The position numbers and the translations under genes were made by a program. Positions 37,608 to 50,273 of a stretch of 64,000 bases of DNA are shown in pieces; the stretch's first letter is position 1; every line of letters starts with the position of its first letter. Source of the stretch: Octopus sinensis (taxonomy: Eukaryota); the NCBI RefSeq assembly GCF_006345805.1, contig NC_043012.1, forward strand, positions 59,334,001 through 59,398,000, in the 5' to 3' direction. The notes beneath the pieces were generated by a model. That model made no database searches. It worked only from the letters and a program-made list of their open reading frames with translations, and had not been told where the DNA came from.

Positions 37608-38437
37608 ACACAAACACTACAATAGTAATACTATAATGGTAATACTAATACTATGTGGACCTTAGTTTTTTTTATAACATAGTAAATTGCACTGATAGAG
37701 AACAGCAGAGAAAATACACTATCAACTAGGTTCTGAATAGATATATAATTTAATTAAGGTAGCGTTTTACTGTATTTCACTTGAGGACATCGGACATGGA
37801 CACCATACGCGGTCATGAAATAGTGATAATCTGGTTGGTTTAATCATTAATTGGTGATGGTAGGCGGGGAAAAAAAAAACAACAGAAAACGAATGGTAAA
37901 AAGAAAAAAAATACGAGTGGCTGTGAAATGGAGTTGGCATCATTAAATATGGTGATATTGCTCCATAACGAAGAGAGAAAGAGAGCTAGAAAGATAGAAA
38001 GAGAGAGAGTGGAAGTGAAGGAGAGGGAGAGACAGAGAGGGGAATTAAATGATAACAAAATCAAGCCAACACCATCACATCATTATCATCATCATTAACA
38101 TTAACAACAGTAACTAGAAGATTGGTAAATGATAATGTAGGCGCGTTTCGTTGGAGGTATTATTAGAATCGTGAAACGGTAAAAAATGTTTTTAAAATGG
38201 AACGGACGTGTATATGGAGTAATATAATATGCTTACTGATATAATGCATGTCTAGATGTATGTAATAAAGTAAACATACAATGATTTTTAATAGTTTTGT
38301 GACTTAGATAGGGGATGTGTTAATACAAGGGAGATTTGTTTGTCGAGACATTTGTGTGTCTCGCCGATCATTTTCTAGGAGTGTCGCGGAATGAAGTCAA
38401 ATCTGATAAACGTTGACGAATGTTTGGTTATGAAGAA

Positions 38438-39180
38438 GGCGGCGAGCTGGCAGATACGTTAGCACGCCGGGCGAAATGCTTAGCGGTATTTCGTCTGCCG
38501 CTACGTTCTGAGTTCAAATTCCACCGAGGTTGACTTTGCCTTTCATTCTTTCGGTGTCGATAAATTAAGTACCAGTTAGGCACTGGGGTCAATGTAATCG
38601 ACTTAATCCGTTTGTCTGTACTTGCTTGTCCTCTCTGTGTTTAGCCCCTTGTGGGTAGTAAAGAAATAAGTATTTTGCCCGTCTTTACGTTCTGAGTTAA
38701 AATTCCGCCGAGGTCGACTTTGCCTTTCATCCTTTCGGGGTCGATTAAATAAGTACCAGTTACGCACTGGGGTCAATGTAATCGACTTAATCCGTTTGTC
38801 TGTACTTGCTTGTCCTCTCTGTGTTTAGCCCCTTGTGGGTAGTAAAGAAATAAGTATTTTGCCCGTCTTTACGTTCTGAGTTAAAATTCCGCCGAGGTCG
38901 ACTTTGCTTTTCATCCTTTCGGGGTCGATTAAATAAGTACCAGTTATGCACTGGGGTCGATGTAATCGATTTAATCCATTTGTCTGTCCTTGTTTGTCCC
39001 CTCTATGTTTAGCCCCTTGTGGGTAATAAAATAAATAAGAAACGTTAGCACCCTGGGAAAAATGCTTGGCAGAATTTTTTCCGTCTTTACGCTGAGAGTT
39101 CAAATTCTGCCGAAGTCGACTTTGCTTTTTATCGTTTCGGGGTCGATAAAATAAATCGTAATTGAGCAGTAGGATCGCTG
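38438..39180 (+). mobile_element. SINE family A head-to-tail multimer
   Basis: One head followed by body units whose TACGTTCTGAG anchors lie at 38502, 38686 and 38870 (184-bp period), then a degenerate fourth unit. Confidence 0.92.
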
Positions 39181-39540
39181 TAATCAGCTAACACCTTTTC
39201 TTAGAAAATTTCAGACCTTGTGCCTACAGTGGAGAGAAAGAATTAGCAGAGTGATGAAAGTTTATCGCCCATTTCTTCCATCTTTACATTCAAAGTTAAA
39301 ATTCCGCCATAGTCGACTTTGCCTTTCATCTTTTCTGGGTCGATAAAATACTTACAAGTGGAGCACTGTGGTCGATGTAATCGAGATCCGCCTTCCCCCA
39401 AAATTGCTGGTATTGTGCCAAAATTTGAAACCAATCTTTGGCTATGAAGCATACCAAAGATCTGACAACTCTGTGTAGAATTAGACGCATGACTGCTAAC
39501 ACGTGATATGGTATTTTATTGCTAACGAAACCTAATTAAA

Positions 39541-39606
39541 TGTGTCATGAAAAATTTTTATTTTTAAAATGCGTGTGTCATGAAAAATTTTTATTTTTAA
39601 AATGCG
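39541..39606. repeat. Exact 33-bp tandem duplication
   Basis: TGTGTCATGAAAAATTTTTATTTTTAAAATGCG twice. Confidence 0.9.
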
Positions 39607-39921
39607 TGTCGCATATAGGAGGAATTAAAAGGCAAAGAGGGATGAATTGATGAAGGGCCATGAAATGGTGAAGGCGGTGGATTGGCGATGGGCAGTGACA
39701 AATGTATAGGGAGGTGGTTTCAGGAAAGAACGATTGATTGATGAGGGACGGTGGATTGGGATTGATGAAAGGCGGAGCATTGATAAAGTGCCGTGGATTG
39801 GGCGACGGTCGATGAATCGGTGTAAAGTGATGTATTCGCAAAGGATGGTGTTTCTGAGAAGAACAGAGATTTTGTAAATGGTAGTGAACTGGTAAGAGCA
39901 GTGGATTATATATTTAAACAT

Positions 39922-40150
39922 AGGCGCAGGCGTAGCCGAGTGGTACGAAGCTTGCTTCCCAGACACATTGTTCTGGTTTCAGTCCCTCTGCGTGGCAACT
40001 TGGGCAAGTGTCGTGGAGTGAAAGCCTCGGGTCGACCAAAGCCTCGTGAGTGTATTTGGTACACGGAAACTGAAAGAAGTCTGTCGTGTATATATGAATA
40101 TGTCTATGTGTATGTGCATCTGTTTTTGTCCCCCATCCCCGCTTGATAAT
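39922..40150 (+). mobile_element. SINE family B, 5' part
   Basis: GGCGCAGGCGTAGCCGAGTGG...CTTGGGCAAGTGTC...GGAAACTGAAAGAAG. Confidence 0.8.
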
Positions 40151-40554
40151 CTCAGGGGAGATCAAAAGCAGTTACGACTGAATGCGTGTTGTGAACCGAA
40201 AGAACAGTTCGAAATTGATCTCGCTCCCTGCGTCATTTTTTTGTTAATCCAAAATGCAAAATGTCCTTAAAAGAAAACGTTTTGCGCGCGCTCACACACA
40301 TACACACACGTGCACATACCCATACGCGCACAGTTATATTCAAATACACGTCTAAAGTACCTACATGCTATATATGCATATGCTCACTCACACTCGCGTG
40401 GAGCACTCGCATGTACACCCACGTATATAAGGCGTGTGGCTTAATGCTTTGGTTGATGCACTCATGAGCGTGTTTGCGGACCGGGCAATGCGTTATGTTC
40501 TTGAGAACACTTCATTTTTTTCATATTGTTCCAATCTACTCTGCAAGTGAAGTC

Positions 40555-40900
40555 GCGTGGCTTAGTGGTTAGGATATTGGACTCATGGTCGAAAGACAGT
40601 GGTTTCGATTCCTGGACCGAGTGAGGCAGTGTTCTTGAGCAGATCCCTTCATTCCACACTGCTCGAGTCCTCTCAGCTGGCAAAAACGAGCAGTTCCGCA
40701 ACGGATTGGCATCCTGTCCAGATGTGGAATTTATACGTCATGGAAATCAGAGAACCGGCCATTATGAGGCGGCACGACTAGAAAATATAACCATTCTTTT
40801 TTAATCCACCCAGCTGGCAAAAATGAGTAATCTTGCGACGAACCGGCGTCCCGTCCAGGGGCGTGGGTAAATCTGGAAACCGGTCTTATGAGACTCGGGA
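40555..40900 (+). mobile_element. SINE family C, one copy plus a second 3' fragment
   Basis: GCGTGGCTTAGTGGTTAGG...GGTTTCGATTCCTGGACCG...CAGCTGGCAAAAA appears twice in part. Confidence 0.75.
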
Positions 40901-41390
40901 AGGCCTTCATTGTTTTTGTTTTCGTTTTTGATATCTCGTGTACTACTGGTAACATAAGGAGAAATACTAAATTACAAACGAATTAAGAAACTATGGAAGA
41001 TCAGCGGTCGTACGACCTTCCTCGATAGTTGAGAAGTGTCGTAATGTTATTGAGAGTATCTAGACACAAATATATTATCACAATGTTAATCATACTCCTG
41101 AGTATTGATAACGGAAAATAAGTTTTTTTAATGAGTTTTTTTATAAAGAAATTCTTTCCTTTTCTTTTTCTTTAATTATTAATTATTTTTTCCCCATTTG
41201 ATTGTTCGTTTGTTACGGAATGCATTGATGACGGAGGCTGTGCAACACTTGTGCAATTATTGCAGGATGTGTTTGAAATTTGTATGACTCTCTCTTTCTC
41301 CCTCCCTCCCTCTCTCTCTCTGTCTCATTCTTTCTCTCTTTCTCACTGTATGTGTGTGCAAATATGTGTGCGCACCTGTTTGACTGCTAT

Positions 41391-41430
<40 letters not shown>

Positions 41431-41734
41431 GTAAATGTGCCAATGCGTGAGTGCACCTGTCTACCTCTTTGCCTCTCTCTATCTATCTTTCCCTATTCTC
41501 TCTGTATGTGTACAAATGTATGAGCGTACCTGTTTGTCTGTCTGTCTCCTTGTGTGCCTCTCTCTCTATCTCTCCCTTTCTCCCTCGCCTTTTCTCTCTC
41601 ACTCTCTCTCTCTCTGTATGTAAATGCATAGGTGTATACACCTATGCATTTCTTTCTCACTATTTCTCCATGGCTCACTGCCTTTCTCCTTCACTATCTC
41701 TCTCTATTCCTCACTGTCTCTCTTTATCCCTCAG

Positions 41735-41776
<42 letters not shown>

Positions 41777-42039
41777 CGTATGAATATATGAGCGAACCTA
41801 TCTGTCAGGATGCACTCCGTACCTTCTCTCTCTCTTCATTTTCTCTTTCTATCTCTCTCTCTCTCTGTTTAAGAAGTGAACAGATTGTTTTTGAAGTCAG
41901 CATCACTCAGACATTTGTGACTATTGATCCTCAACGCTGATATTAGTTGCTTTAGTTTTGTTGTTTGTTTTGCTTCGGTTTTAGTATTACTCTTTTTTGT
42001 TTCCCTGTTTTCTTCACACTCCGTCACACACCCATTCAC

Positions 42040-42420
42040 ACACATACACAATTCCACACACATACACAACACACACACACATATACAATTCCACACACAT
42101 ACACAACACACACACACATACACAATTCCACACACATACACAACACATACACATATACAATTCCACACACTCACACAACACACACACACACACACACATA
42201 CAATTCCACACACATACACAACACACACACACATACACAACACACACACATATACAATTCCACACACTCACACAACACACACATACACAATCCCACACAC
42301 ATACACAACACACACACATATACCCTATTCCACATACAGATACACAATACACAGACGCATACACAATTTCACACACATACCCAACACACACTCACACACA
42401 CACATACACAACACACACAT
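42040..42420. repeat. CA-rich minisatellite, about 33-bp unit
   Basis: Recurring ACAATTCCACACACATACACAACACACACACA. Confidence 0.85.
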
Positions 42421-43019
42421 GCTCTCCCTCTCCCTTTCTCTCTCTATCTCTCTCTTTCTACCTCTGCCACCGTTACTCGCTTTCTCTCACCGTCGCTCTG
42501 TCTCTCCCCCCCCACCCGTCCCTACGCGTTACCTTTACATTAAGGTGTTAACTATTAATTACGGAAATTGAACAGATATCCAAGTGGAGGAGAAACATAA
42601 TTGCTCAGGAGTTTGTCTTTAATTACGGAACAACACAACTCGCTGGCATTCCCAAAGACGTCAGTTCAGTTGGTCGATTGAAGTTACGTTAGAAAAGATG
42701 GCGAAATCAAAGTGACACATCCTCCACTCCATCAGAGTGCGTCCTCACTTCAGACCACGTGATGGAACGACGTTTCTCTTACAGTCATAGTCACGAGAAA
42801 AAGACGAAGAAAAAAAATACAGATATAATGTCAGATTCAAGATTATGCAAGCAATATTACTCACCCACACACTCGCTTGCTCATACATAAGCACAATACA
42901 CACACACACACACACACACCACACAACGCATAAATACACACATGTACACCCACAAACACGCTCTCTCTTCATTTCTCTCTCGGTCTCTGTCTATATCTAT
43001 CTATCTGTCTGTATGTCTG

Positions 43020-43107
43020 TCCATCCATCCATCCATCCATCCATCCATCCATCCATCCATCCGTCCGTCCGTCCGTCCGTTCGCCTGTCTGCTTGTCTGT
43101 CTCTTTG

Positions 43108-43171
<64 letters not shown>

Positions 43172-43223
43172 CCTACCTACCTACCTACCTACCTACCTAC
43201 CTACCTATCTATCTGTCCGTCTG

Positions 43224-43279
<56 letters not shown>

Positions 43280-43331
43280 CCTACCTACCTACCTACCTAC
43301 CTACCTACCTACCTATCTATCTGTCCGTCTG

Positions 43332-43380
<49 letters not shown>
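43020..43380. repeat. Compound tetranucleotide array with higher-order duplication
   Basis: (CCAT)(CCGT)(CTAT)(CCTA) blocks; the block (CCTA)n-TCTATCTGTCCGTCTGT-(CTAT)n occurs twice. Confidence 0.9.
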
Positions 43381-43381
<1 letters not shown>

Positions 43382-43759
43382 CCTCAAAATATTTATCCAC
43401 AGATTCTCCTTTGAAATATCAACGACGTTGGAGGAACAGTGTCTGTACGTATGGATCACTTTTCACGAACGAAGATCGACATTAAGTTAGTTATCTTATC
43501 AGCTCTCGGAATAAATACCTCCTGGATTGGACGAAAGCCAATCTAAAAGAAAATCCTCCACATATACTTAATCCACAGGTAAATCTTCCATATACACTTA
43601 ATCTCTGCACAACCAACAAAACAGCCTCTACATGGATAGATTTACCGAAAGCAGTGGCCAAATCTCTCACAACTAACAGCATATACTCTTAAGGTGAAAG
43701 GCCATGTCAAATAGAAAGCAGTTGATCAGGAGAGTGATAGAGTACCTGGATAAAAGAGT

Positions 43760-44090
43760 AGGCGCGTGGCTTGGTGGTAAGGGTATTCAGCACAATATCG
43801 TAAGGTCGTGTGTTCGATTCCTGGCGGCGCGTTGTATCCTTGAGCAAGACATTTTATTTCACGTTGTTCCAGTTCATTCAGAAGGTAAAAATGTGTAGTA
43901 CCTGTATTTCAAAGGGCCAGCCTTGTCACGTTCTGCGTCACGCTGAATTTTTCTTGAGAACTATGCTAAGGGTTTGCATGTCTGTGGAGAACTCAGCCGA
44001 TTGCAGTTTAATTTCACGAGCAGGTTGTTCCGTTGACCGGTTTAACTGCAACCCTTGTCGTCGTAACGACGGAGTGCCAGTTTTATCACG
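43760..44090 (+). mobile_element. SINE family C variant with extended 3' tail
   Basis: Family C head and core plus tail TTTCACGAGCAGGTTGTTCCGTTGA...CGTCGTAACGACGGAGTGCC, also at 61765-62080. Confidence 0.85.
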
Positions 44091-44333
44091 ACCGGAGTGG
44101 CTTTGATCCTTAATTCTGCACGAACTGGGTCAAAAGAAGAGTAGGGGGTCAATGATGGGCGGATGAATACGAACTAATAACGTATCGAGTAGGAGCATTT
44201 TTTCCGAAGCCCCTACATTTCTGCTGCTGCTGCTACTACTACTACTACTACTACTACTGCTACTGCTACTGCTACCACCACCACCACCACCACCAACACC
44301 ACCAATAATAATAATGATAATAATAATAATAAT

Positions 44334-44739
44334 GACCTTAAATAGTTGAGCATGTCCCTTAGTGGCTGGCGATATGTGTATCTCTGATCACGAGCAGAAA
44401 TAGTGGGGGAGCATCATAGCCATGTGTTGAGAGGGATTCTTTGGGGTTTGAATAATTCACATCTGGAAACATAGGTGTTTCGTTCAACATCCTTAAACAA
44501 CTCTTATTCAGGGATCTTTTGGACGGGATGGGTTACTTGACCAGAAGAAAATTCTAACTGGGCCCCACCTGCAAGGTCATGTGCTGTTTATCTTGATATG
44601 AGATCACCACGTCGTGCACATATAGTTGTGATGCATGTGCCTAGTGTACCCTTATCAGACGGGTAGTCATGATGGGTATACTGGGCTTCGTATATTTTAC
44701 CCCAGTGTCACTTTGATGGCATGCACTACTCTCTCACTC
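44334..44739 (+). mobile_element. (AAT)n-bounded element, 5'-truncated copy
   Basis: Matches 27486-27892; (AAT)n before and after. Confidence 0.85.
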
Positions 44740-44791
<52 letters not shown>

Positions 44792-45089
44792 GTTTCAAAT
44801 TTTGGCGCAAGGCCAGCAATTTCGGGAGTGGGAGTTTGTCTATTAGTTCGACCCACACTTAGTATTTCACTGGTATTTATTTTATCGTCCCTAAAAGGGC
44901 GAAAAGTGAAGTCGACCTCGGCAGAATTTGAACACTGATGGTAAAGGCGGAAGAAAATGCCGCGATGCGTTTTATCCAGTGTGTGCTAACTATCTTGTCA
45001 GTTTAATAACTAAATAAGAGAATTGATCGTATTTGTCTGAGGTGGCTGGTCATTCAGTGCTAAGACTCTGCAAGCTTCCGGTGTACAGA

Positions 45090-45850
45090 TATGACAATGA
45101 CTGCGACGATGATGATGACGATAATGGCGATAATAATGATGATGACAATGAGGACGACAATGAGAAATATGTCGGCGGTGATGACAACGATGATAGCGAG
45201 GATGCTAATGGTGACGCGGATGGTGTTGACAACTCACCACTGTTGCTAAAGATGGTGACGACGACGACGACGTCGATGCTGCTGCTGCTGCTGTTGTTGA
45301 TGATGATAACGATGATAACGACAATGATGATGCTGATGATGGTGACGACGATGGTGGTGATGATGTTGATGATGATGATGGTGGTGGTAGTGGTGGTGGT
45401 ATTGATGATGATGGTGGTGATGATGAGAAAGAGAAGAAGGAGGTGAATTTGCGACGACAATGACGATGCCGATAATGATGATGATGATGAGGAGGAGAAT
45501 GATGACGGACGAAGATGATGATGTTGAAGATGATGATGATGATGACGATGATATTGACGACGACGATGGTGATGATGATGAGGAGGAGGAGGAGAAGGAG
45601 GGGGAGAAGGATGGTCGACGGTGACGACGATGATGATGTTGAAGATGAGGATGATGATGACGATGATATTGACGACGACGATGGTGATGATGGTGATGAT
45701 GATGAGGAGGGGGAGGGGGAGAGGGGGAGGAGGGGGAGGAGGGGGAGGAGGGGGAGAAGGATGGTCGACGGTGACGATGATGATGAGGATGATGATTATG
45801 ATCATGATGATGAGATGATACTGACGACGACGGTGGTGATGGTGATGATG

Positions 45851-45882
<32 letters not shown>

Positions 45883-45890
45883 GACAGCTA
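45090..45890. repeat. (GAT/GAC)n low-complexity tract with internal duplication and G-run
   Basis: GGAGAAGGATGGTCGACGGTGACGA occurs near 45602 and again near 45753; opens ORFs in multiple frames. Confidence 0.85.
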
Positions 45891-46146
45891 TGACAGTACA
45901 AAAGCGAATTCATGCTGGTGTGAAAAATCAGTCAATATCGATGAATATTGAGAAATATAAAAGTAGACACATGATCAAAGGCATTTCAACTGTCACATGA
46001 CCTTTTTTGTATCTAAGACTACGTAATCGGGCGTGTTCTCTCTCTTGTTGCGTCATGGAGGATTGGCTACTGTTTCTTGCAAAATAGTAGACCTTGCAAA
46101 AGTCCTCTACTCCGATGCATGTTGTTGATACTATTGTTGTTGTCAG

Positions 46147-46750
46147 GGTGGTGAACTGGCAGAATCGTAAGCACGCCGGGCAAAATGCTTAGCGGTATTT
46201 CGTCTGCCGTTACGTTCTGAGTTCAAATTCCGCCGAGGCCGACTTTGCCTTTCATCCTTTCGGGATCGATTAAATAGGTACCAGTTACGCACTGGGGGAC
46301 GATATAATCGACTTAATCCGTTTGTCTGTACTTGTTTGCCCTCTCTGTGTTTAGCCCCTTGTGGGCAGTAAAGAAATAGGTATTTCGCCCGTCGTTACGT
46401 TCTGAGTTCAAATTCTGCCGAGGTCGACTTTGCCTTTCATCCTTTCGAGGTCGATAAATTAAGTACCAGTTACGCACTGGGGTCGATGTAATCGACTTAA
46501 TCCCTTTGTCTGTCCTTGTTTGTCCCCTCTATGTTTAGCAATAAAGAAGGAAGAAACGTTAGCACGCCGGAAAAAATGCTTAGCAGCATTTCGTCTGTCT
46601 GTTAGAGTATCTCGGTTTCAAATTTCCCCGAGGTCGACTTTGCCTTTCATCCATTCGGGGTCAATAAATTTAGTACCAGTTGAGCACTGGAGTCGATGTA
46701 ATCGATGCCCGCCCTCCTCCAATATTTCTGGCTTTGTACCAAAATTTGAA
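46147..46750 (+). mobile_element. SINE family A head-to-tail multimer
   Basis: TACGTTCTGAG anchors at 46211 and 46396 (185-bp period), then a degenerate third unit. Confidence 0.9.
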
Positions 46751-47267
46751 ATCGATATTATTGTTATTGCTATGTAACCAAAGGATAGTCATGGGTGAGG
46801 AAACTTATGATCAAAGATCACATCACAGTCATCTTATTCTTTTACTAGACAATGTTCGTTAAGTTTACATAGTCCAGTATTCCTTTTCCGTTTCAGATAG
46901 TAACGTGTGTTTTAAGAGACATTTGACTCCTATTTCTTGTAGATCGAATGAGCGCGGAGGGGCCACGTCATTGATGTATTGATACTGCTGTTAAAGAAAA
47001 TAAGGAATATATTATACAGTGCGACCTTTTCGAAGACAGTGGCAGGTTCAGTTGCCACGTATAAGGCCCCCTCATTCGCTCGCATTGTTGATGTTGATTG
47101 TGGCTATTTTATTGCGGACTGGATGTGGGTATCTCAGTTCTTGCATCCCTGTAGAACAGTGGCTTCTTGTGAAATATAGTAAGAGTAACATCTTGGCCAA
47201 GGCAGGACCAGGTCATCTCCTCAGTTTAGCTTACACTCTCCTTCTTTCTTTGTTTCTTCTCTGTGTA

Positions 47268-47305
47268 TCTTTCTGTTGAAGAGCGTAGGCTCGAAACGTT
47301 AAAGA
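47268..47305 (+). ncRNA. Minimal hammerhead, A6T variant
   Basis: TCTTT-CTGTTGA-A-GAGC(GTAG)GCTC-GAAAC-GTT-AAAGA. Confidence 0.65.
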
Positions 47306-47431
47306 CTTGTTTTATTTATATTTCCTGAGCGCCATATTAATACAATTGTTTGTTTGTATTCCACCTGCCTTCGTCTTTTGTTTATTTCCGTAACCTGCCT
47401 TCGTCTTTTGTCTATTTCATAAAGCTTCCCG

Positions 47432-47493
<62 letters not shown>

Positions 47494-47857
47494 TAGGGAA
47501 TAAATCCAAACTTACAGGGAAAAATTAGATTTAGGATTAAATCCAATTTTATAGTATGAATATATTATATTATATTATATTAAATTAGAGATAAAACCAC
47601 TATTAGGCAAATCAAACAGTAAAAAACATAAGCCAATACATAAAATTAATTTAAAAATATAAAGTTAAAAATAACAAATTATCTAAATAATTTAAACTTA
47701 TAAATTTTATATATATATACAAATATATATAATATATGTATGTATATTTATATATATATATATTATTATATATATGTTATTTTATTAATTAATTAATTAA
47801 TTAATTTTTTTTTTAAATATCAAAAGTATTAAAAGTTTAATAAAAGATAAAGAGTAA

Positions 47858-47953
47858 AACATTACGATCGTTTCATGGCTGTACCAATTCGAATAACAAT
47901 AATTTAAATTTAATTAATAATTCGAGTTATGGTTACAGTCAATCTTCAGGTTA
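47858..47953 (-). ncRNA. Hammerhead with long stem II, stem I degenerate
   Basis: Minus strand CTGAAGA-T-TGACTGTA...TACAGCCA-T-GAAAC-GATC-GTA; palindrome ACGATCGT. Confidence 0.6.
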
Positions 47954-48906
47954 ATTGAGATATTTCAAAAATAATCAGAAATATTTAAACAATATTTTAA
48001 AGATATAAATAATATAATAATTTTACTTATAATAAACTCTATTATCAAACTAGAAACTTAAAACTTAACAATTATGATTATATCAAAATCGATTATAATG
48101 TTAAATATTAATTTTAATTTATAAGGTAAGAAACCCACCAATAATCTAATATCGGTAATAGTCTATATCTAATTACATAAATATTTTTTTAAAAATGACT
48201 ATTATATATAAATTATCAATGAAAATATATAAATGTATTTAAATATTATAATTAAGATCTAAAATAATCTCTATAAATAAATATATATGCACATATAATA
48301 AAGTCCTAATAAATTAATTTTTCATATTTAAAGATGAAATAGCTAATTTCAAAAATACAAACAAACAAACTTAAACGAACTTTCGGAAATCTTATTTAAA
48401 ATACTTATAGAAATAATCAATTCGTAGTTATATAGTATCGAATAAATACTATAAAAATTATAAATATAATTATCAATGGGAATAACTAGCGAATATCAAT
48501 TTAAAAAGACAATAACTAAGTTATGCTATTAAGTTAGACATGGCCTGGACCAATCTTTAGTCCAAACATATCTAAGTTTATCAAAGTTTATCTAATTTTA
48601 ATTATAAGAAATTTAAAACTACAATTAATACTATTAATACATGTATATACAAAAGCCTAACTTTAGACACCTCGTATACTTGCTATCAAACAACAAATCT
48701 ATCGCTAAGTAATATCTTACGAATAAACTTAAATTTAATATCTAATAATATAGAAAAATACGATAATTAGATCATTACATAAACAACGATATTTACATGC
48801 GTTCTTGTCCCATTTTGTATTTATATATATATATATATATATAATATTATTAGTGAATTAAAGAAATGGAGTTGAACGAAGATTGAACAGAAATCGTTTT
48901 ATTGCA

Positions 48907-48986
48907 TTCTACACGTGTTTCGAAAGGCACAATTTACCAAATTCCGATTGAATAATGAGACCATATTGTGTCTTTCTCTTCAGGAA
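48907..48986 (-). ncRNA. Hammerhead ribozyme (left arm)
   Basis: Minus strand TTC-CTGAAGA-GAAAGACACAAT...ATTGTGCCTTTC-GAAAC-ACGT-GTA-GAA. Confidence 0.7.
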
Positions 48987-49146
48987 GAAATAGGAAATCC
49001 GTTGGAATAAACAAAAACAGAACAGAGGCGGAGCAAAACAAATCGAACGAGGCTCCTAAGAGCCTTAGGAGCTCTTAGGAGCCTCGTTCGATTTGTTTTG
49101 CTCCGCCTCTGTTCTGTTTTTGTTTATTCAACGGATTTCCTATTTC

Positions 49147-49224
49147 TTCCTGAAGAGAAAGACACAATATGGTCTCATTATTCAATCGGAATTGGTAAAT
49201 TGTGCTTTCGAAACACGTGTAGAA
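49147..49224 (+). ncRNA. Hammerhead ribozyme (right arm)
   Basis: TTC-CTGAAGA(49150-49156)-GAAAG(A)CACAAT...ATTGTGCTTTC-GAAAC(49210-49214)-ACGT-GTA-GAA. Confidence 0.72.
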
Positions 49225-49495
49225 TGCATAAAACGATTTCTGTTCAATCTTCGTTCAACTCCATTTCTTCAATTCACTAATAATTTAAAATTCAAATATC
49301 CGCACCAACGCACGGTTGCAACACCTATGGTTGTACCTCCAACCGTGCTGTCTTCTGCTGCGATTTTGCTACCAAGGTATCGGTTAAACTTTTGATTAAT
49401 CTGCAACAAGATTATTCATCTTTCTATTTCACAATATATATATATATATATATATTAATAATATATATATATACTTACTCGATTACTCTTTTACT

Positions 49496-49690
49496 TGTTT
49501 CAGTCATTTGACTAGGGTCATACTGGAGCACCGCCTTTAGTCGAGCAAATTGACCCAAGGACATATTCTTTGTAAGCCTAGTACTTATTCAATCGGTCAC
49601 TTTTGCCGAACCGCTAAGTACGGGACGTAAACACACCAGCATCGGTTGTCAAGCGATGATGAGGGGGACAAACACAGACACACAAACTAT
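49496..49690 (-). mobile_element. SINE family B, 3' half
   Basis: TTACTCTTTTACTTGTTTCAGTCATTTGAC...GGAGCACCGCCTTTAGTCGAGCAAAT. Confidence 0.85.
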
Positions 49691-49747
49691 ACACAATCAT
49701 ACATATATAACACTATATACATACATACATAATCTACTCATACATAC

Positions 49748-49786
<39 letters not shown>

Positions 49787-49833
49787 TATAATATATATAT
49801 ATATATACATATATAATATACATATATATATAT

Positions 49834-49869
<36 letters not shown>

Positions 49870-49952
49870 TATATATATATAATATATATATATATATAGT
49901 AGATATATTATAAAACTTTCTTTTAATTTTTTAAATTTATTATTAATCGTTA

Positions 49953-49990
49953 CAGTTGAAAAGGTCTCAAAATGACCGAAACCGGTACTG
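49953..49990 (+). ncRNA. Hammerhead ribozyme, U3:A8 core variant
   Basis: CAG-TTGAAAA-GGTC(TCAAAAT)GACC-GAAAC-CG-GTA-CTG; same repeat family as 30340-30445. Confidence 0.75.
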
Positions 49991-50273
49991 AAATGTTCTT
50001 TATAAAATTATTTTAGCATTTTCTATTTTGACTGTTTTTTCATATATATATATATATATAATAGTCAATTAGGGTAGCAAAAAAATTCAATAGAAATTTA
50101 TCGCAAAGCGGCCTGGTGGAAAGAGAAAATAGTCATCGACTAAATATATAAATATAACAATTTAGGAGTGACCCCAACAGGTCACTCGTCCACCAGAAAG
50201 AGCCAGCCATAAACTCACACGCCAAGTAGTAGTAATTCAGAAAATTAGGTGAAAATTTAAAAACATTTACCCT

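Larger units (their letters stand above)
48846..49435 (+). mobile_element. (TA)n-flanked element with about 216-bp fold-back and two hammerheads
   Basis: Arms 48846-49063 and 49071-49284, spacer CTTAGGA; a partial third copy lies at 59137-59237. Confidence 0.8.

Noticed and set aside
38438-39180. CRISPR-like array
   Set aside because: Units are full 184-bp repeats without unique spacers, and the DNA is eukaryotic.
45711-45760. G-quadruplex-forming G-run
   Set aside because: Part of a low-complexity tract, with nothing pointing to function.
45050-46000. 287-aa His/Pro/Ser-rich and 161-aa Asp-rich ORFs
   Set aside because: Products of a (GAT)n tract with an internal duplication; no splice or domain evidence.
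49093-49395. 100-aa ORF
   Set aside because: It lies in the palindrome arm and overlaps the ribozyme; no protein motif.
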